Shown: positions 1 through 10,158 of the stretch, piece after piece
Numbering within the stretch: position 1 is the stretch's first letter
Layout: the number at the start of each line of letters is the position of its first letter
From: Pseudomonadota bacterium
GTDB lineage: Bacteria; Pseudomonadota; Alphaproteobacteria; Rhodobacterales; Rhodobacteraceae
DNA: 59,835 nucleotides
Reading direction: 5' to 3'
Assembly: GCA_038530495.1 (NCBI GenBank)
Contig: JBCBCR010000001.1
Coordinates: 1-59,835 of the forward strand
Translations under genes and position numbers: made by a program
Notes under the pieces: model-generated
What the model saw: the letters and a program-made list of their open reading frames with translations, nothing else
Databases searched by the model: none
Told to the model about the DNA's origin: nothing

Positions 1-555
1 TTCAAAACCCGCCTCGGGTGGGACGTTCGCGTCAACGCTGCCGGCGAAGAACGCGACGAGTACGACGACATGAACCCGCTCTATGTCATCTGGGAGCGCC
101 CGGACGGCAAACACGGCGGCTCCATGCGGTTTTTGCCCACAGTGGGCCGCACAATGGTGAACGACCACTTTGGTCATGTCACATCCGGTCCTATCGTCAG
201 CCCGTTCATCTGGGAATGCACGCGTTTCTGCCTTGCCCGTGGCGCAGGTCGCCATGTCGCTGCTGCTCTGACGTTGGCAGGCGGCGAAATCATGAAAAAC
301 TTCCACGTCGATCACTTTGTTGGCGTGTTCGATGCACGCATGACCCGTATCTATCGCATGATCGGTGTGACACCCGACGTCCTGGGCAGCGCGGGCGAAG
401 GCCGCGATCAGGTAACCGTGGGGCTCTGGCACTACCAGGGCGAGGCCGCCCCGCAGGTAACGGCGCGCGCAGGTTTCACGCTAGCCCAATCGGCCGAGTG
501 GTTTGCGCGGTCCTTTGGACCATCCGCCGCACCAGACCTCGCTCTCAGTGCCTGA
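1..555 (+). CDS. luxI: Acyl-homoserine-lactone synthase, LuxI family (5'-truncated by window edge)
   Basis: Frame 1 is open from base 1: FKTRLGWDV...EERDEYDDMNPLY, then GSMRFLPT and WECTRFC, which are conserved LuxI motifs. Confidence 0.93.
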   Translation, partial: FKTRLGWDVRVNAAGEERDEYDDMNPLYVIWERPDGKHGGSMRFLPTVGRTMVNDHFGHVTSGPIVSPFIWECTRFCLARGAGRHVAAALTLAGGEIMKNFHVDHFVGVFDARMTRIYRMIGVTPDVLGSAGEGRDQVTVGLWHYQGEAAPQVTARAGFTLAQSAEWFARSFGPSAAPDLALSA

Positions 556-596
556 TCCCTCTGGTCCCTGTCGCGCGACACCGATAATGTCGCGCC

Positions 597-2120
597 ATGC
601 AGCTTGCCCTTTCCGATGATCAGGCGTCCGCCTTTGACAGCGTAAGCGACATGCTGCGCAGCGCGGGCATTGATATGGACGATTCACTGCTGATGCCGCC
701 GAAATCGGCGACCACTTCGGTGATGGCAGTGACGGGCAAGGCCGGGTCGGGCAAAACGATGCTTCTGGCCCAGTTGTACCAGGCGCTCGAGGGCGCAGGG
801 GTCGAGGTCGTCTCGGGCGATTACGAATCCCGCAAGAAACGCGACAAGCGCACTCTGGCCATCCTTGCGCCCACGAACAAAGCCGCCTCAGTGCTGCGGT
901 TTCGCGACGTGCCCGCCACCACGATCCACCGTATTCTCTATACGCCGGTCTACGATCCCGAATATGAACGCATCGCCGAATGGCTCGCCGGTAATGACGA
1001 ACGCCCGGAAATCGAAGGTCTGACCACCGAAGCTCTGGACCGTGCATTCGCGTTTTATCAGACCAACAAGTCTATCCCGGGTGCCCTCGCCGCTGCGGGC
1101 TTGCGGGGGTCCGATTTCATCACCGGATGGAAACGCCGAGAGGAGCCGCTGGACATCGGTTTCGTCGACGAGGCGTCGATGCTTGACGACAAGCAGTTCG
1201 AAGATCTCAAGGAGATCTTTCCGACGCTGCTACTTTTCGGCGACCCGGCGCAGCTTGCGCCCGTGAACCAGTCCGGCACCATGGTGTTTGACCGCATGCC
1301 GGAAAAACGTGTCCTGCATCTTGGCCGTATCCATCGACAGGCTGCCGACAACCCGATCCTCGATCTCGCCCATGCACTGGCTGATCCTGAGGTCGATTTT
1401 TATCGGTTCGAGCGTATGGTCGAGGACGCCGCTGCACGCGATGGCCGTGTCGTGTGGGGCCAGCGCGTCGAGGTTGATTTGATGGCACGCAGCCCCGTGC
1501 TTGTCTGGCGCAACGCAACGCGCATCCGGTTGATCAACGCCTTCCGCGCGGTGCACGACGCGCCCGAGGACCGCCTGCTTCCGGGCGAGCCGCTGATTTG
1601 TGACGGGCTGGAATTGCCGCTCAAACACCGCAAGAAACGCATCGACCTCGAGGCACGCGGACTGATCAAGGGCGCGCAGGTGGTTTTCCTCGGCGAGGGG
1701 CGCAAACCCGGCTTCTCGCGTCTGCACGTGATGGGCGCAGAAGAGCCGCAGGTTTCTGCCGCGTCCATCGTGAAAATAGAAAAACCCGATGAGGAAGAGC
1801 CGTTTATCCCCTTTGCCGCGCACATGGGCGCCACGTTTCTCCATGGAGCGGCAGTAACAATCCACAAGGCGCAAGGGAGCCAATGGAACGATGTACAGGT
1901 CTTTGCCCCTGACCTTTACGCCGCCGCGCGCATGGGCCGAACCGAGGCAGGGCAACCGTTGTGGAAGCGCCTGGCTTATGTCGCCATTACGCGCGCGCAA
2001 GAACGGCTGATCTGGGTGGTGCGCAACCGCCTGGCCAAGCCTTCAGGCCCGCTTCAAATCGATGATTTGCGTGCAACCCCAGCGGCGCCACTGTCACTTG
2101 CACCAACCGAGGCTGAGTAG
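597..2120 (+). CDS. RecD-like SF1B ATP-dependent DNA helicase
   Basis: Helicase motifs GKAGSGKT, LAPTNKAA, VDEASM, GDPAQLAPV, TIHKAQGSQW and YVAITRA. Confidence 0.9.
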   Translation: MQLALSDDQASAFDSVSDMLRSAGIDMDDSLLMPPKSATTSVMAVTGKAGSGKTMLLAQLYQALEGAGVEVVSGDYESRKKRDKRTLAILAPTNKAASVLRFRDVPATTIHRILYTPVYDPEYERIAEWLAGNDERPEIEGLTTEALDRAFAFYQTNKSIPGALAAAGLRGSDFITGWKRREEPLDIGFVDEASMLDDKQFEDLKEIFPTLLLFGDPAQLAPVNQSGTMVFDRMPEKRVLHLGRIHRQAADNPILDLAHALADPEVDFYRFERMVEDAAARDGRVVWGQRVEVDLMARSPVLVWRNATRIRLINAFRAVHDAPEDRLLPGEPLICDGLELPLKHRKKRIDLEARGLIKGAQVVFLGEGRKPGFSRLHVMGAEEPQVSAASIVKIEKPDEEEPFIPFAAHMGATFLHGAAVTIHKAQGSQWNDVQVFAPDLYAAARMGRTEAGQPLWKRLAYVAITRAQERLIWVVRNRLAKPSGPLQIDDLRATPAAPLSLAPTEAE

Positions 2121-2147
2121 ACGTAGGGTGCGCATTCACTGCGCACC
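2121..2147 (+). repeat. GTAG-type REP-like palindrome (copy 1)
   Basis: ACGTAG-GGTGCGCA-TTCAC-TGCGCACC; near-identical to the reverse complement of 48469-48495; lies between convergent genes. Confidence 0.7.
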
Positions 2148-2152
2148 GTGGG

Positions 2153-2908
2153 TCAGTTTCGCAGTATCGAAAACGCCGCCGACGCGCCCCAACCAGCGAA
2201 AATCGCGATGGCCAGTGACATCACTCCGTACCAAAACGGTTGCTCGCGGCTGAGATTGAAAAGCCACCGCTCCAGCCCGACTTTCCGCACGTCAATCGCG
2301 GTCTCGTATTTCGAGATCACTTCGCCATCGCGGGTCAGGAAGATACGGGTGGCATAATCGCCTTCGGTCAAAGCCGCAGGCAGCGCAATGCGCGCGCGAA
2401 ACAGGGTCTGGTCATCCACGACCACGTGGTTTTCCATGATCTGGTACAACCCGCTTTCCTTGCGGATGCGGATCAGCGCTTCACTGAAATTCAGCGAATC
2501 CGTAATGCCCACCGGTGCACCGACGGACCGAATGGCACGTGGTATCGAAATCTGGTGTCGCAAATCCTCTGTGTGCGTCAGCACCTCGCGCAAGCCGCCG
2601 CTGGCGGCCACCGCGTAATAGCTGGGGGCGGCATCGACTTCGACGGCGTCCGTGTTTACCCAGATGCCAAACCGGCGTTCCTTGCGCCGCACCATCACCG
2701 GTTCGGACGGTCCCGAGACGGTCACCAGTACTTCCAGTGGCGGGCCGTCAGGGATCGGCGCTTCGCGTTTCACCGCGCCAAAGATCAGGATTTCGGACCC
2801 GTCAAAGCTCGTGGTGATGGCAACCTCGTCCTGGCTGAGGCCAAGGACCACCTCCTCGGCCACAGCAGGCCAGGCAAGCATCAATAGGCACAGCACCCAA
2901 CGCATCAA
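2153..2908 (-). CDS. TIGR02186-family membrane protein
   Basis: Signal peptide, VAITTSFDGSEILIFGAV, RRKERRFGIWVN and a C-terminal TM helix; typical partner of the adjacent TauE gene. Confidence 0.85.
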   Translation of the reverse strand: MMRWVLCLLMLAWPAVAEEVVLGLSQDEVAITTSFDGSEILIFGAVKREAPIPDGPPLEVLVTVSGPSEPVMVRRKERRFGIWVNTDAVEVDAAPSYYAVAASGGLREVLTHTEDLRHQISIPRAIRSVGAPVGITDSLNFSEALIRIRKESGLYQIMENHVVVDDQTLFRARIALPAALTEGDYATRIFLTRDGEVISKYETAIDVRKVGLERWLFNLSREQPFWYGVMSLAIAIFAGWGASAAFSILRN

Positions 2909-3822
2909 TGGCCCCCCGCCGCGCCCAGCGAATACAGCTCAGCTGGTTGAATAAGCAGATCAAGCGCCAGTTTGCCACACACGGCCAGCACCATCAGGGC
3001 AAGCAGAATACGCAACTGTTCGGCCTTCATGCGCACACCGATGCGCGTGCCGATCTGAGCCCCGATCACGCCCCCGATCAGCAGTAGCACCGCCAGCACC
3101 ACGTCCACCGTGTAGTTGGTGGTGGCATGCAGCATTGTGGTGAACCCGGTCACGAAAATGATCTGGAACAGCGACGTGCCGACCACGACCTTGGTCGGCA
3201 TCCCGAGGATGTAGATCATTGCGGGCACCATGATGAACCCGCCGCCCACGCCCATGATTGCCGCCAGAATACCCACGGCAACACCGATCAGGACCGGCGG
3301 GATCACCGAAATATACAGCCCCGACACGCGGAACCGCATCTTGAACGGCAGTTTGTGAATTGCGCTGTGCTTCTTGCGTTTCGGCACCGCTGTGCCGGCC
3401 CGTGTCTTGCGGATCGCGTTCAGGCTTTCCACGAACATCAGGCTGCCAATCACCCCAAGAAAAACGACGTAGCACAACCGCACCAGCAGATCGACCTGGC
3501 CCAGTGATTTCAGATAGTTGAACACCAGCACGCCGAGGGCGGCACCGATCAGACCGCCGATCAGCAGCACCGTGCCCATGCGCAGATCCACCGTTTTGCG
3601 CCGGAGATGCGCCAGCACTCCGGAAAAGGACGACGCGACAATCTGGTTAGCTTCGGTGGCCACGGCCACAGCGGGGGGAATCCCGATGAAAAACAAAAGC
3701 GGCGTCATCAGGAACCCGCCGCCCACGCCAAACATCCCCGAAAGAACGCCGACCAATCCGCCCAGCCCCAACAGCAGGAATGCATTGACCGACACTTCGG
3801 CGATGGGCAGGAAGATTTGCAT
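2905..3822 (-). CDS. Sulfite exporter TauE/SafE (TSUP) family membrane protein
   Basis: Repeated G(M/I)xGVGGGF motifs and multiple TM helices; GGAGG RBS upstream of the ATG at 3822. Confidence 0.9.
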   Translation of the reverse strand: MQIFLPIAEVSVNAFLLLGLGGLVGVLSGMFGVGGGFLMTPLLFFIGIPPAVAVATEANQIVASSFSGVLAHLRRKTVDLRMGTVLLIGGLIGAALGVLVFNYLKSLGQVDLLVRLCYVVFLGVIGSLMFVESLNAIRKTRAGTAVPKRKKHSAIHKLPFKMRFRVSGLYISVIPPVLIGVAVGILAAIMGVGGGFIMVPAMIYILGMPTKVVVGTSLFQIIFVTGFTTMLHATTNYTVDVVLAVLLLIGGVIGAQIGTRIGVRMKAEQLRILLALMVLAVCGKLALDLLIQPAELYSLGAAGGH

Positions 3823-3910
3823 GTGCCTCCCTAGGCCGCAGCCCAAGGCGAAATCAAGGGGTCATGCCGCTTTGCAGCAATTTGGACTGCTCGGATGGCC
3901 CAGACTGGCG

Positions 3911-4876
3911 CTACCGCTCTTTGACGTAAGGCTCGCCACCAGCACGCGGCGGGATCGCCTTACCGCCCACACCCGCAAGAATTACGACGACGAGAATGTA
4001 GGGCAGGGCGTCCATCAACTGCACCGGCACGGTGATCGCGCCAAGGTCAATGTTCTGATAGCGCAGCGCAATGGCCTGCAGGAACCCAAAAAGCAGACAG
4101 GTCCACAGCGCCGCCCAGGGCCGCCACTTGGCAAAGATCAGCGCCGCCAGTGCGATAAAGCCGCGCCCGGCGGTCATGTCTTTGACGAAACCAGCCTGAA
4201 GCGCTGTGGCGAGGTATGCGCCCGCAATCCCGCACAGCACGCCGCAGATTGCCACGGCGGCAAAGCGCAGGCCGACGACCGACACGCCCGCCGTGTCCAC
4301 GGCTGCGGGGTTTTCGCCCACCGCGCGCAGGCGCAGGCCGAACCGGGTGCGGAACAGCACGTACCATGTCGCGGGCACGGCCAGGAAAGCGACGTAGACG
4401 AGGATGGAATGGCCCGAAACCAGCTCTTCGTATGCTGGTCCAAACAGCGGGATCGCGCCCAGGCTTTCAGCAAAGGGCAGGGTGAACCCTTCGAAGCGCG
4501 CACCGCCAGAGAGTTGCGGCGTGCGGCCGCCTTGGCGGAACCAGTCTTGGGCCACGAGAACGGTAATGCCAGCGGCCAGAAAGTTGATGGCCACGCCCGA
4601 GATCAGCTGATTGCCGCGGAACGTGATCGAGGCGAGCCCGTGGATGCCTGAAAGCGCCAGCGAGGCGGCGATGCCCGCCAGCAGGCCCAGCCAGACCGAC
4701 CCGGTGATGGCTGCAGTGGCCGCCGAAAACATCGCCGCGGCCAACATTTTGCCCTCGAGCCCGATGTCAAAGATCCCCGCGCGTTCGGAAAAAAGGCCCG
4801 CGAGACAGGCCAGCAGCAGCGGTGTCGCCAGCCGCACCGAACTGTCGAGGATCTGGATCAGGGTGAGATAATCCAT
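3911..4876 (-). CDS. Nucleoside/sugar ABC transporter permease (BPD_transp_2)
   Basis: SERAGIFDIGLEG, RTRFGLRLRAVGENP, AGRGFIALAA. Confidence 0.92.
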   Translation of the reverse strand: MDYLTLIQILDSSVRLATPLLLACLAGLFSERAGIFDIGLEGKMLAAAMFSAATAAITGSVWLGLLAGIAASLALSGIHGLASITFRGNQLISGVAINFLAAGITVLVAQDWFRQGGRTPQLSGGARFEGFTLPFAESLGAIPLFGPAYEELVSGHSILVYVAFLAVPATWYVLFRTRFGLRLRAVGENPAAVDTAGVSVVGLRFAAVAICGVLCGIAGAYLATALQAGFVKDMTAGRGFIALAALIFAKWRPWAALWTCLLFGFLQAIALRYQNIDLGAITVPVQLMDALPYILVVVILAGVGGKAIPPRAGGEPYVKER

Positions 4877-4879
4877 CGC

Positions 4880-5977
4880 TTACGCCTCCCGCGACCGGCG
4901 CATGGCCAGAAACATCTTTTCCAGCGGCATCCGCACCATGTTGTCGAGCGCCCCGGTGAACAGGATCACCAGCGCTTGAATCACCACGATCAATTCGCGC
5001 GGGATCGACGTCCACAGCGCCAGTTCCGCGCCGCCCTGGTAGAGAAACCCAAACAGGATCGCCGCAAGAAACACACCCACCGGGTGGCTGCGCCCCATCA
5101 GCGCCACGGCGATGCCGATAAAGCCCGCGCCTTCCACCGCGTTCAGGACCAGCCGTTCGGCTTCGCCCATGACGTTGTTGATGGCCATCAGACCCGCGAG
5201 CCCACCCGAAATCAGCATGGCGATCATGGTGATGCGGACGGCGCCGATCCCGGCATAGCGCGCCGCGCGGCCCGATTTGCCAAAGGAACGGATTTCGAGG
5301 CCCAATGGCGTGCGCCAGATCAGGAGCCAGACGAGGAAACAGGCCAGCACGGCGATGACAAGCGACACATTCGCCGGGGCGGCCTTGGAAAACGAGATGC
5401 CCAGCGGGGCGAGAATTTCGTGCAGTGACGGAAGATGTACCGTTTCGGGGAACCGCGCTGTGGCCGGGTCCATAGCGCCCGCGGGGCGCAGCACGTTTAC
5501 CAGCATGTAGTTCAGCACGGCGGCGGCGATAAAGTTGAACATGATCGTGGTGATCACGATATGGCTGCCCCGGCTGGCTTGCAGGTACGCCGGAATTGCC
5601 GCCCACGCCGCCCCAAAAAGCGCCGCACCCCCTGCTGCGGCGATCAGAGCGAGGCTCCAATGCGGCCAAGGGATCAACAGGCAGATCAGCGCCACGCCCA
5701 GGCCGCCCAGCATGGCCTGCCCTTCGCCGCCGATGTTGAACAATCCGGCATGAAACGCGACCGCCACGGCGAGGCCCGTGAACATGAAATTGGTCGCGTA
5801 ATAAAGCGTGTAACCCCAGCCATAGGTGGACCCGAGCGCGCCGGTCACCATCAGTTGCACCGCTGCCACCGGGTCCTCGCCGATGGCGATGATCACCAGC
5901 GCCGACAGGATCGCGGCTAGGATCAGCGAGATTAGCGGCACGAGGATCACCTCGGCCCATTTCGGCATCACGTCCAT
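4880..5977 (-). CDS. Nucleoside/sugar ABC transporter permease
   Basis: GLFNIGGEGQ, GFIGIAVALMGR; hydrophobic throughout. Confidence 0.92.
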   Translation of the reverse strand: MDVMPKWAEVILVPLISLILAAILSALVIIAIGEDPVAAVQLMVTGALGSTYGWGYTLYYATNFMFTGLAVAVAFHAGLFNIGGEGQAMLGGLGVALICLLIPWPHWSLALIAAAGGAALFGAAWAAIPAYLQASRGSHIVITTIMFNFIAAAVLNYMLVNVLRPAGAMDPATARFPETVHLPSLHEILAPLGISFSKAAPANVSLVIAVLACFLVWLLIWRTPLGLEIRSFGKSGRAARYAGIGAVRITMIAMLISGGLAGLMAINNVMGEAERLVLNAVEGAGFIGIAVALMGRSHPVGVFLAAILFGFLYQGGAELALWTSIPRELIVVIQALVILFTGALDNMVRMPLEKMFLAMRRSREA

Positions 5978-6026
5978 GATTGGCCCCCGCTATCAGATTG
6001 CGTGCTGCGCACACGCTTTTTGTTTT

Positions 6027-6086
6027 GGGGGGCGTTGCCCCCGTCCCGTTGGGACTCCCCCAGGATTTTTTTGAAACAGAGAAGGG
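6027..6086 (+). repeat. Intergenic repeat family A (GGGGGCG..GCCCCC hairpin plus GGATTTTTTGAAACAGAGAAGGG tail)
   Basis: Shares its tail with 11807, 17543 and 32271, and its hairpin head with 13742-13797 (minus strand). Confidence 0.8.
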
Positions 6087-7619
6087 TCATCCGTTCATCC
6101 CGGCCATCAGGAGGCCCAGTTCTTTTTCATCGGTGGCCGCCGCGTCGCGTTCGCCCATGATCTGGCCGTCAAACATCACGGCAACCCGGTCGGCGAGCCC
6201 GAGGATTTCCTCAAGCTCGACCGACACCAGCAGCACGGCCTTGCCCTGATCGCGCAGGGCAACGATCTGCTGGTGAATGAATTCGATCGCGCCGATGTCG
6301 ACGCCGCGGGTGGGTTGGCCCACCAACAGCAGATCGGGGTTACGCTCGATCTCGCGGGCCAGCACGATCTTTTGCTGGTTGCCGCCCGAGAAGTTCTTGG
6401 CCGCCAAGTGCGGGTGCGGCGGGCGCACGTCGAACCGGTCCATCTTGGCCTGCGTGTCGGCCTTGATCGCGGCGTTGTTGCTGAGCAGGCCCGAGGTGTA
6501 GGCCCCGTCGTGGTGATAGCCAAAGGCGGTGTTTTCCCAGGCGGCGAAATCCATGATCAGGCCTTCGCGCTGGCGGTCTTCGGGCACGTGGGCGATGCCC
6601 ATCGCGCGGCGGGCGCGTCCGTCGGCACCGGTGCCGGTCAGATCGACCGGTGCGCCGTTCAGCGTGATCGACCCGCTGCCGGTGGCATAGCCGCCCAGTA
6701 CTTCGAGCAGTTCGGATTGCCCGTTGCCCGCGACACCCGCGATACCGAGAATTTCACCCGCGCGCACGTGCAGGTCGATGCCCTTGAGCCGTTCCACGCC
6801 CTGTTCATCGGTCACGCGCAAGTTCTTGATGTCCAACACCACGTCGCCGGGGATGGCTGGCACCTTGTCGACGCGCAACAGCACCTTGCGCCCGACCATC
6901 AGTTCGGCCAGTTCTTCGGGGCTAGTCTCGGCGGTCTTGACCGTTGCGGTCATCTCGCCGCGGCGCATAACGCTGACGGTGTCGGTGATCTCCATGATCT
7001 CGCGCAGTTTGTGCGTGATCAGGATGATGGTTTTGCCCTCTTCTTTTAGCCGGCCAAGGATGCGGAACAGCTGGTCTGCCTCGGCCGGCGTCAGCACGCC
7101 GGTGGGCTCGTCAAGGATCAGGATGTCGGCGCGGCGGTAGAGCGCCTTGAGGATTTCGACCCGCTGTTGCATGCCCACGCCGATCTCTTCGATCAGGGCG
7201 TCAGGGTCCACGCGCAGGTCATATTCCTGTTCCAGTTCGATCAGGGTCTTGCGCGCCTTTGACAGGGATGGACGCAGCAGGCCGCCATCTTCGGCGCCAA
7301 GAATGATGTTTTCCAGAACGGTGAAGTTCTCGACCAATTTGAAGTGCTGGAACACCATGCCGATGCCCGCGGCAATCGCGGCCTGGCTGTCGGGGATGTC
7401 CGTGCGCTGCCCCTTGATGAAAATCTCGCCTTTGTCGGCTTTGTAAAAGCCGTAAAGGATCGACATCAGCGTGGACTTGCCCGCGCCGTTTTCACCGATG
7501 ATGCCGTGGATCGTGCCGGGCATCACCCGGATCGAGATATCTTTGTTTGCCTGAACCGGGCCAAACGCCTTGGAAATGCCTTTGAGCTCGATGGCTGGAT
7601 GCGTCGTTTCGGCGGTCAT
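6087..7619 (-). CDS. ABC transporter ATP-binding protein (tandem-domain, CUT2 type)
   Basis: GENGAGKS, LILDEPT, FSGGNQQK, QPTRGVD. Confidence 0.95.
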   Translation of the reverse strand: MTAETTHPAIELKGISKAFGPVQANKDISIRVMPGTIHGIIGENGAGKSTLMSILYGFYKADKGEIFIKGQRTDIPDSQAAIAAGIGMVFQHFKLVENFTVLENIILGAEDGGLLRPSLSKARKTLIELEQEYDLRVDPDALIEEIGVGMQQRVEILKALYRRADILILDEPTGVLTPAEADQLFRILGRLKEEGKTIILITHKLREIMEITDTVSVMRRGEMTATVKTAETSPEELAELMVGRKVLLRVDKVPAIPGDVVLDIKNLRVTDEQGVERLKGIDLHVRAGEILGIAGVAGNGQSELLEVLGGYATGSGSITLNGAPVDLTGTGADGRARRAMGIAHVPEDRQREGLIMDFAAWENTAFGYHHDGAYTSGLLSNNAAIKADTQAKMDRFDVRPPHPHLAAKNFSGGNQQKIVLAREIERNPDLLLVGQPTRGVDIGAIEFIHQQIVALRDQGKAVLLVSVELEEILGLADRVAVMFDGQIMGERDAAATDEKELGLLMAGMNG

Positions 7620-7764
7620 GCGCCCCCCCACAGGCTGCCTACTGAACTTGGCCGCGCCTTACCTGCCCGTGACCGCGCTGTGAAGCGGGGAAGGGCGGTT
7701 TTGGCGCTGCGCGGTGCGTGGTCACGTTGGGTCATCCCGTCCCCCAAGTTGTCCGCTGATGCCA

Positions 7765-7795
7765 CAAGGGCCACGCCAATGTGGCGCGGCCCTTG
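7765..7795 (-). terminator. Stem-loop downstream of the BMP gene (partial terminator or mRNA stabiliser)
   Basis: CAAGGGCCACGCCA-ATG-TGGCGCGGCCCTTG inverted repeat; no clear U tract. Confidence 0.55.
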
Positions 7796-7816
7796 CATGT
7801 GTCGCAAAGCGTCAGA

Positions 7817-8812
7817 TCAGAAGCTGAGCGCGGGGCAGCTGTCGTCGGACATGTAGTCATGCACCGCGAGGCTGCCGGATGCGATTGCTGCAGACGCTTC
7901 GTCCACCGCGGCCTTCATTTCGTCCGAAACGAGCGACGCGTTGTTTTCATCCAGCGCGTAACCGACGCCGCCATTGGCCAAGCCCATCACGTTGAAGCCG
8001 GTTTCCATGTCCGCGCCATCGGTGAAGGCCTGGAACACGGCGTTGTCGACCCGCTTCATCATCGAAGTCAGAACCTTACCGGGGTGCAGGTAGTTCTGGT
8101 TGCTGTCCACGCCGATCGACAGGATGCCTTCGTCGGCAGCGGTTTGCAGCACGCCCACGCCGGTGCCACCGGCAGCAGCATAGACCACGTCAGCGCCCTG
8201 GCTGATCTGCGCCTTGGTCAGTTCCGAGCCCTTCACCGGGTCGTTCCAGGCCGCAGGTGTGGTGCCGGTCATGTTGGCGATGACGTTTGCATCGGGATTC
8301 ACGGCTTTCACGCCTTGGGCATAGCCGCAGGCAAATTTGCGGATCAGCGGGATATCCATGCCGCCGATGAAGCCGACGGTGCCCGAGGACGAAGCCTTGG
8401 CCGCCATCATGCCCACAAGGTAGGAGCCCTCGTGCTCATTAAACACAACCGAGCGCACGTTGGGCTGGTCCACAACCATGTCGATGATGGTGAACTTGGT
8501 GTCCGGATAGTCAGCCGCCACCTGGCTCAGCGCGTCGGCAAAGGCAAAGCCTGCCATCACGATGGGGTTTGCACCGGCCTCGGCAAAGCGGCGCAGGGCC
8601 TGCTCGCGCTGGGCTTCGGACTGCAGTTCGATCTCGCGGAAAGTGTTGCCGGTCTCGTCGGCCCAACGCTGCGCGCCATTGAATGCCGCCTCGTTGAACG
8701 ATTTGTCGAACTTGCCGCCCAGATCGAAGATCAGCGCGGGCTCTGCCAGCGCAGCACCGGCGCTGAGCGCGAGGGCCGCGGTCGCACCGAGGATGTTTTT
8801 CATGAATGTCAT
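7817..8812 (-). CDS. BMP-family periplasmic substrate-binding protein (purine nucleoside type)
   Basis: Signal peptide, GGKFDKSFNE, FNEHEGSYLVG, IGVDSNQ, SMMKRVD. Confidence 0.93.
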   Translation of the reverse strand: MTFMKNILGATAALALSAGAALAEPALIFDLGGKFDKSFNEAAFNGAQRWADETGNTFREIELQSEAQREQALRRFAEAGANPIVMAGFAFADALSQVAADYPDTKFTIIDMVVDQPNVRSVVFNEHEGSYLVGMMAAKASSSGTVGFIGGMDIPLIRKFACGYAQGVKAVNPDANVIANMTGTTPAAWNDPVKGSELTKAQISQGADVVYAAAGGTGVGVLQTAADEGILSIGVDSNQNYLHPGKVLTSMMKRVDNAVFQAFTDGADMETGFNVMGLANGGVGYALDENNASLVSDEMKAAVDEASAAIASGSLAVHDYMSDDSCPALSF

Positions 8813-8897
8813 GTTGGTCGTCTCTCCCATTGTCATGGTTGGGGCAGGGCGGCAGCAGCACCGCGCGCAGGCCCGGGGATCGCAGTGATCGCGCATG

Positions 8898-8926
8898 ATT
8901 AGGCCGCAGCCCCGTGGGAGCGTCAA
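8898..8926 (-). promoter_or_regulatory. Putative sigma70 promoter of the BMP ABC operon
   Basis: TTGACG-N17-CCTAAT on the minus strand. Confidence 0.55.
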
Positions 8927-8977
8927 CCGCTTTTTGCTGAATTGACGCAGTGACATGCCAGTTTGCGGTGGCGCTGG

Positions 8978-9421
8978 TCAAGAACTGGCGGGGTGCGAGT
9001 TCGGTCTGTCCGGCGCAGGCAGGCCGCGCCGCAGGATCAGCGCATCTACGTGCGCAACGCTGCGCCGGTAATAGCCCGGGCGCACCGCAACCTGCACGTA
9101 CGCGCATTTCGCATAAAGCGCCCGCGCCGCCATATTGTCCGCCGCAACCTCGAGGAATGCCGCGCGCGCCTGCGCAGCCGCTGCCGTCTGCCACGCCTGC
9201 ATCAGGGCAAATCCAGTGCCTCTTCCCTGCGCCTCTGGCAGCACCGCGATGGTCAAGAGCTCGGCCTCCCCCGCTACCGCACGCCACAGGGCAAACCCGT
9301 TCGCGCCCGGTGTCACATGCGTGTGTCCGGCGGCCAGCAAATCGCGAAATTCCGCAGCGCTCCACGCGCGCTCATGCAGCATCGCTGCGGCATGGACGCG
9401 GGCAAGGTCTTCCGGGCTCAT
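8978..9421 (-). CDS. rimI: RimI-like GNAT N-acetyltransferase
   Basis: EAELLTIAV..AQGRGTG, FLEVAADN..ARALY, RPGYY; directly downstream of tsaB. Confidence 0.85.
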   Translation of the reverse strand: MSPEDLARVHAAAMLHERAWSAAEFRDLLAAGHTHVTPGANGFALWRAVAGEAELLTIAVLPEAQGRGTGFALMQAWQTAAAAQARAAFLEVAADNMAARALYAKCAYVQVAVRPGYYRRSVAHVDALILRRGLPAPDRPNSHPASS

Positions 9422-10158
9422 GGCAGGATTTGCGGTGGCGCATCGCGTGCGGGCGCTGCATCCGCAGGCTTGATATAATTCGGTGCCGGTGGGGGCGGTG
9501 GCTGTGTCGCCTCGCTGAACTTGATCGCGGTCAGTTCTGCCATCCGCGCGGCGCGTTGGGGGCCATTCTCTGGCGTATTGGCTGCGGAAACATCGCCAAG
9601 CACTGCGGCGATACGTTCTTGCCCCTCGGGGTCGGTTTCCAATCCCAAACGCTCAGTAATTTCCCGTGCGCGATATCCCTCGACCGTCATATTCCGGGCA
9701 ATGTGAAGATCTGAGGGGGGGTGTGCCGGATCAATAATCCGGCCCATACCAAACACTGGCGCACCGTTTGGATCATAGCCCTGCACATAGGCCATGTCGC
9801 GCGGTGCGCGCAGGGAAATCAGCGCATTTGACTGCGGTTTGAGATGCCTTGAGGCCAACTCGAACGCGGTCAGGCCAAACACCGGGATTTTCAGTGCCAA
9901 ACCCAATCCACGCGCCGCGGCAACCGCGATGCGAATGCCGGTGAAATTCCCCGGCCCAACCCCCACGCCCAGCACATCGACATCGCGCCAGCCCCATCCT
10001 GCGTCCGCCAGCGTGTCGTCCAAGAGCGGCATCAACGCCTCGGCCTGACCGCGCGCCATGTCTTGCCATACACCGCCTGAATAAGACGCGTGCTTGGTGG
10101 CGATGGCGACAAACGGACCGGAGGTGTCAAAGGCCAGAACCTTGGGGGTTTGCGTCAT
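9418..10158 (-). CDS. tsaB: tRNA threonylcarbamoyladenosine biosynthesis protein TsaB
   Basis: VLAFDTS, MARGQAEAL, GVGPGNFTGIRIAVAAARGL. Confidence 0.92.
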   Translation of the reverse strand: MTQTPKVLAFDTSGPFVAIATKHASYSGGVWQDMARGQAEALMPLLDDTLADAGWGWRDVDVLGVGVGPGNFTGIRIAVAAARGLGLALKIPVFGLTAFELASRHLKPQSNALISLRAPRDMAYVQGYDPNGAPVFGMGRIIDPAHPPSDLHIARNMTVEGYRAREITERLGLETDPEGQERIAAVLGDVSAANTPENGPQRAARMAELTAIKFSEATQPPPPPAPNYIKPADAAPARDAPPQILP

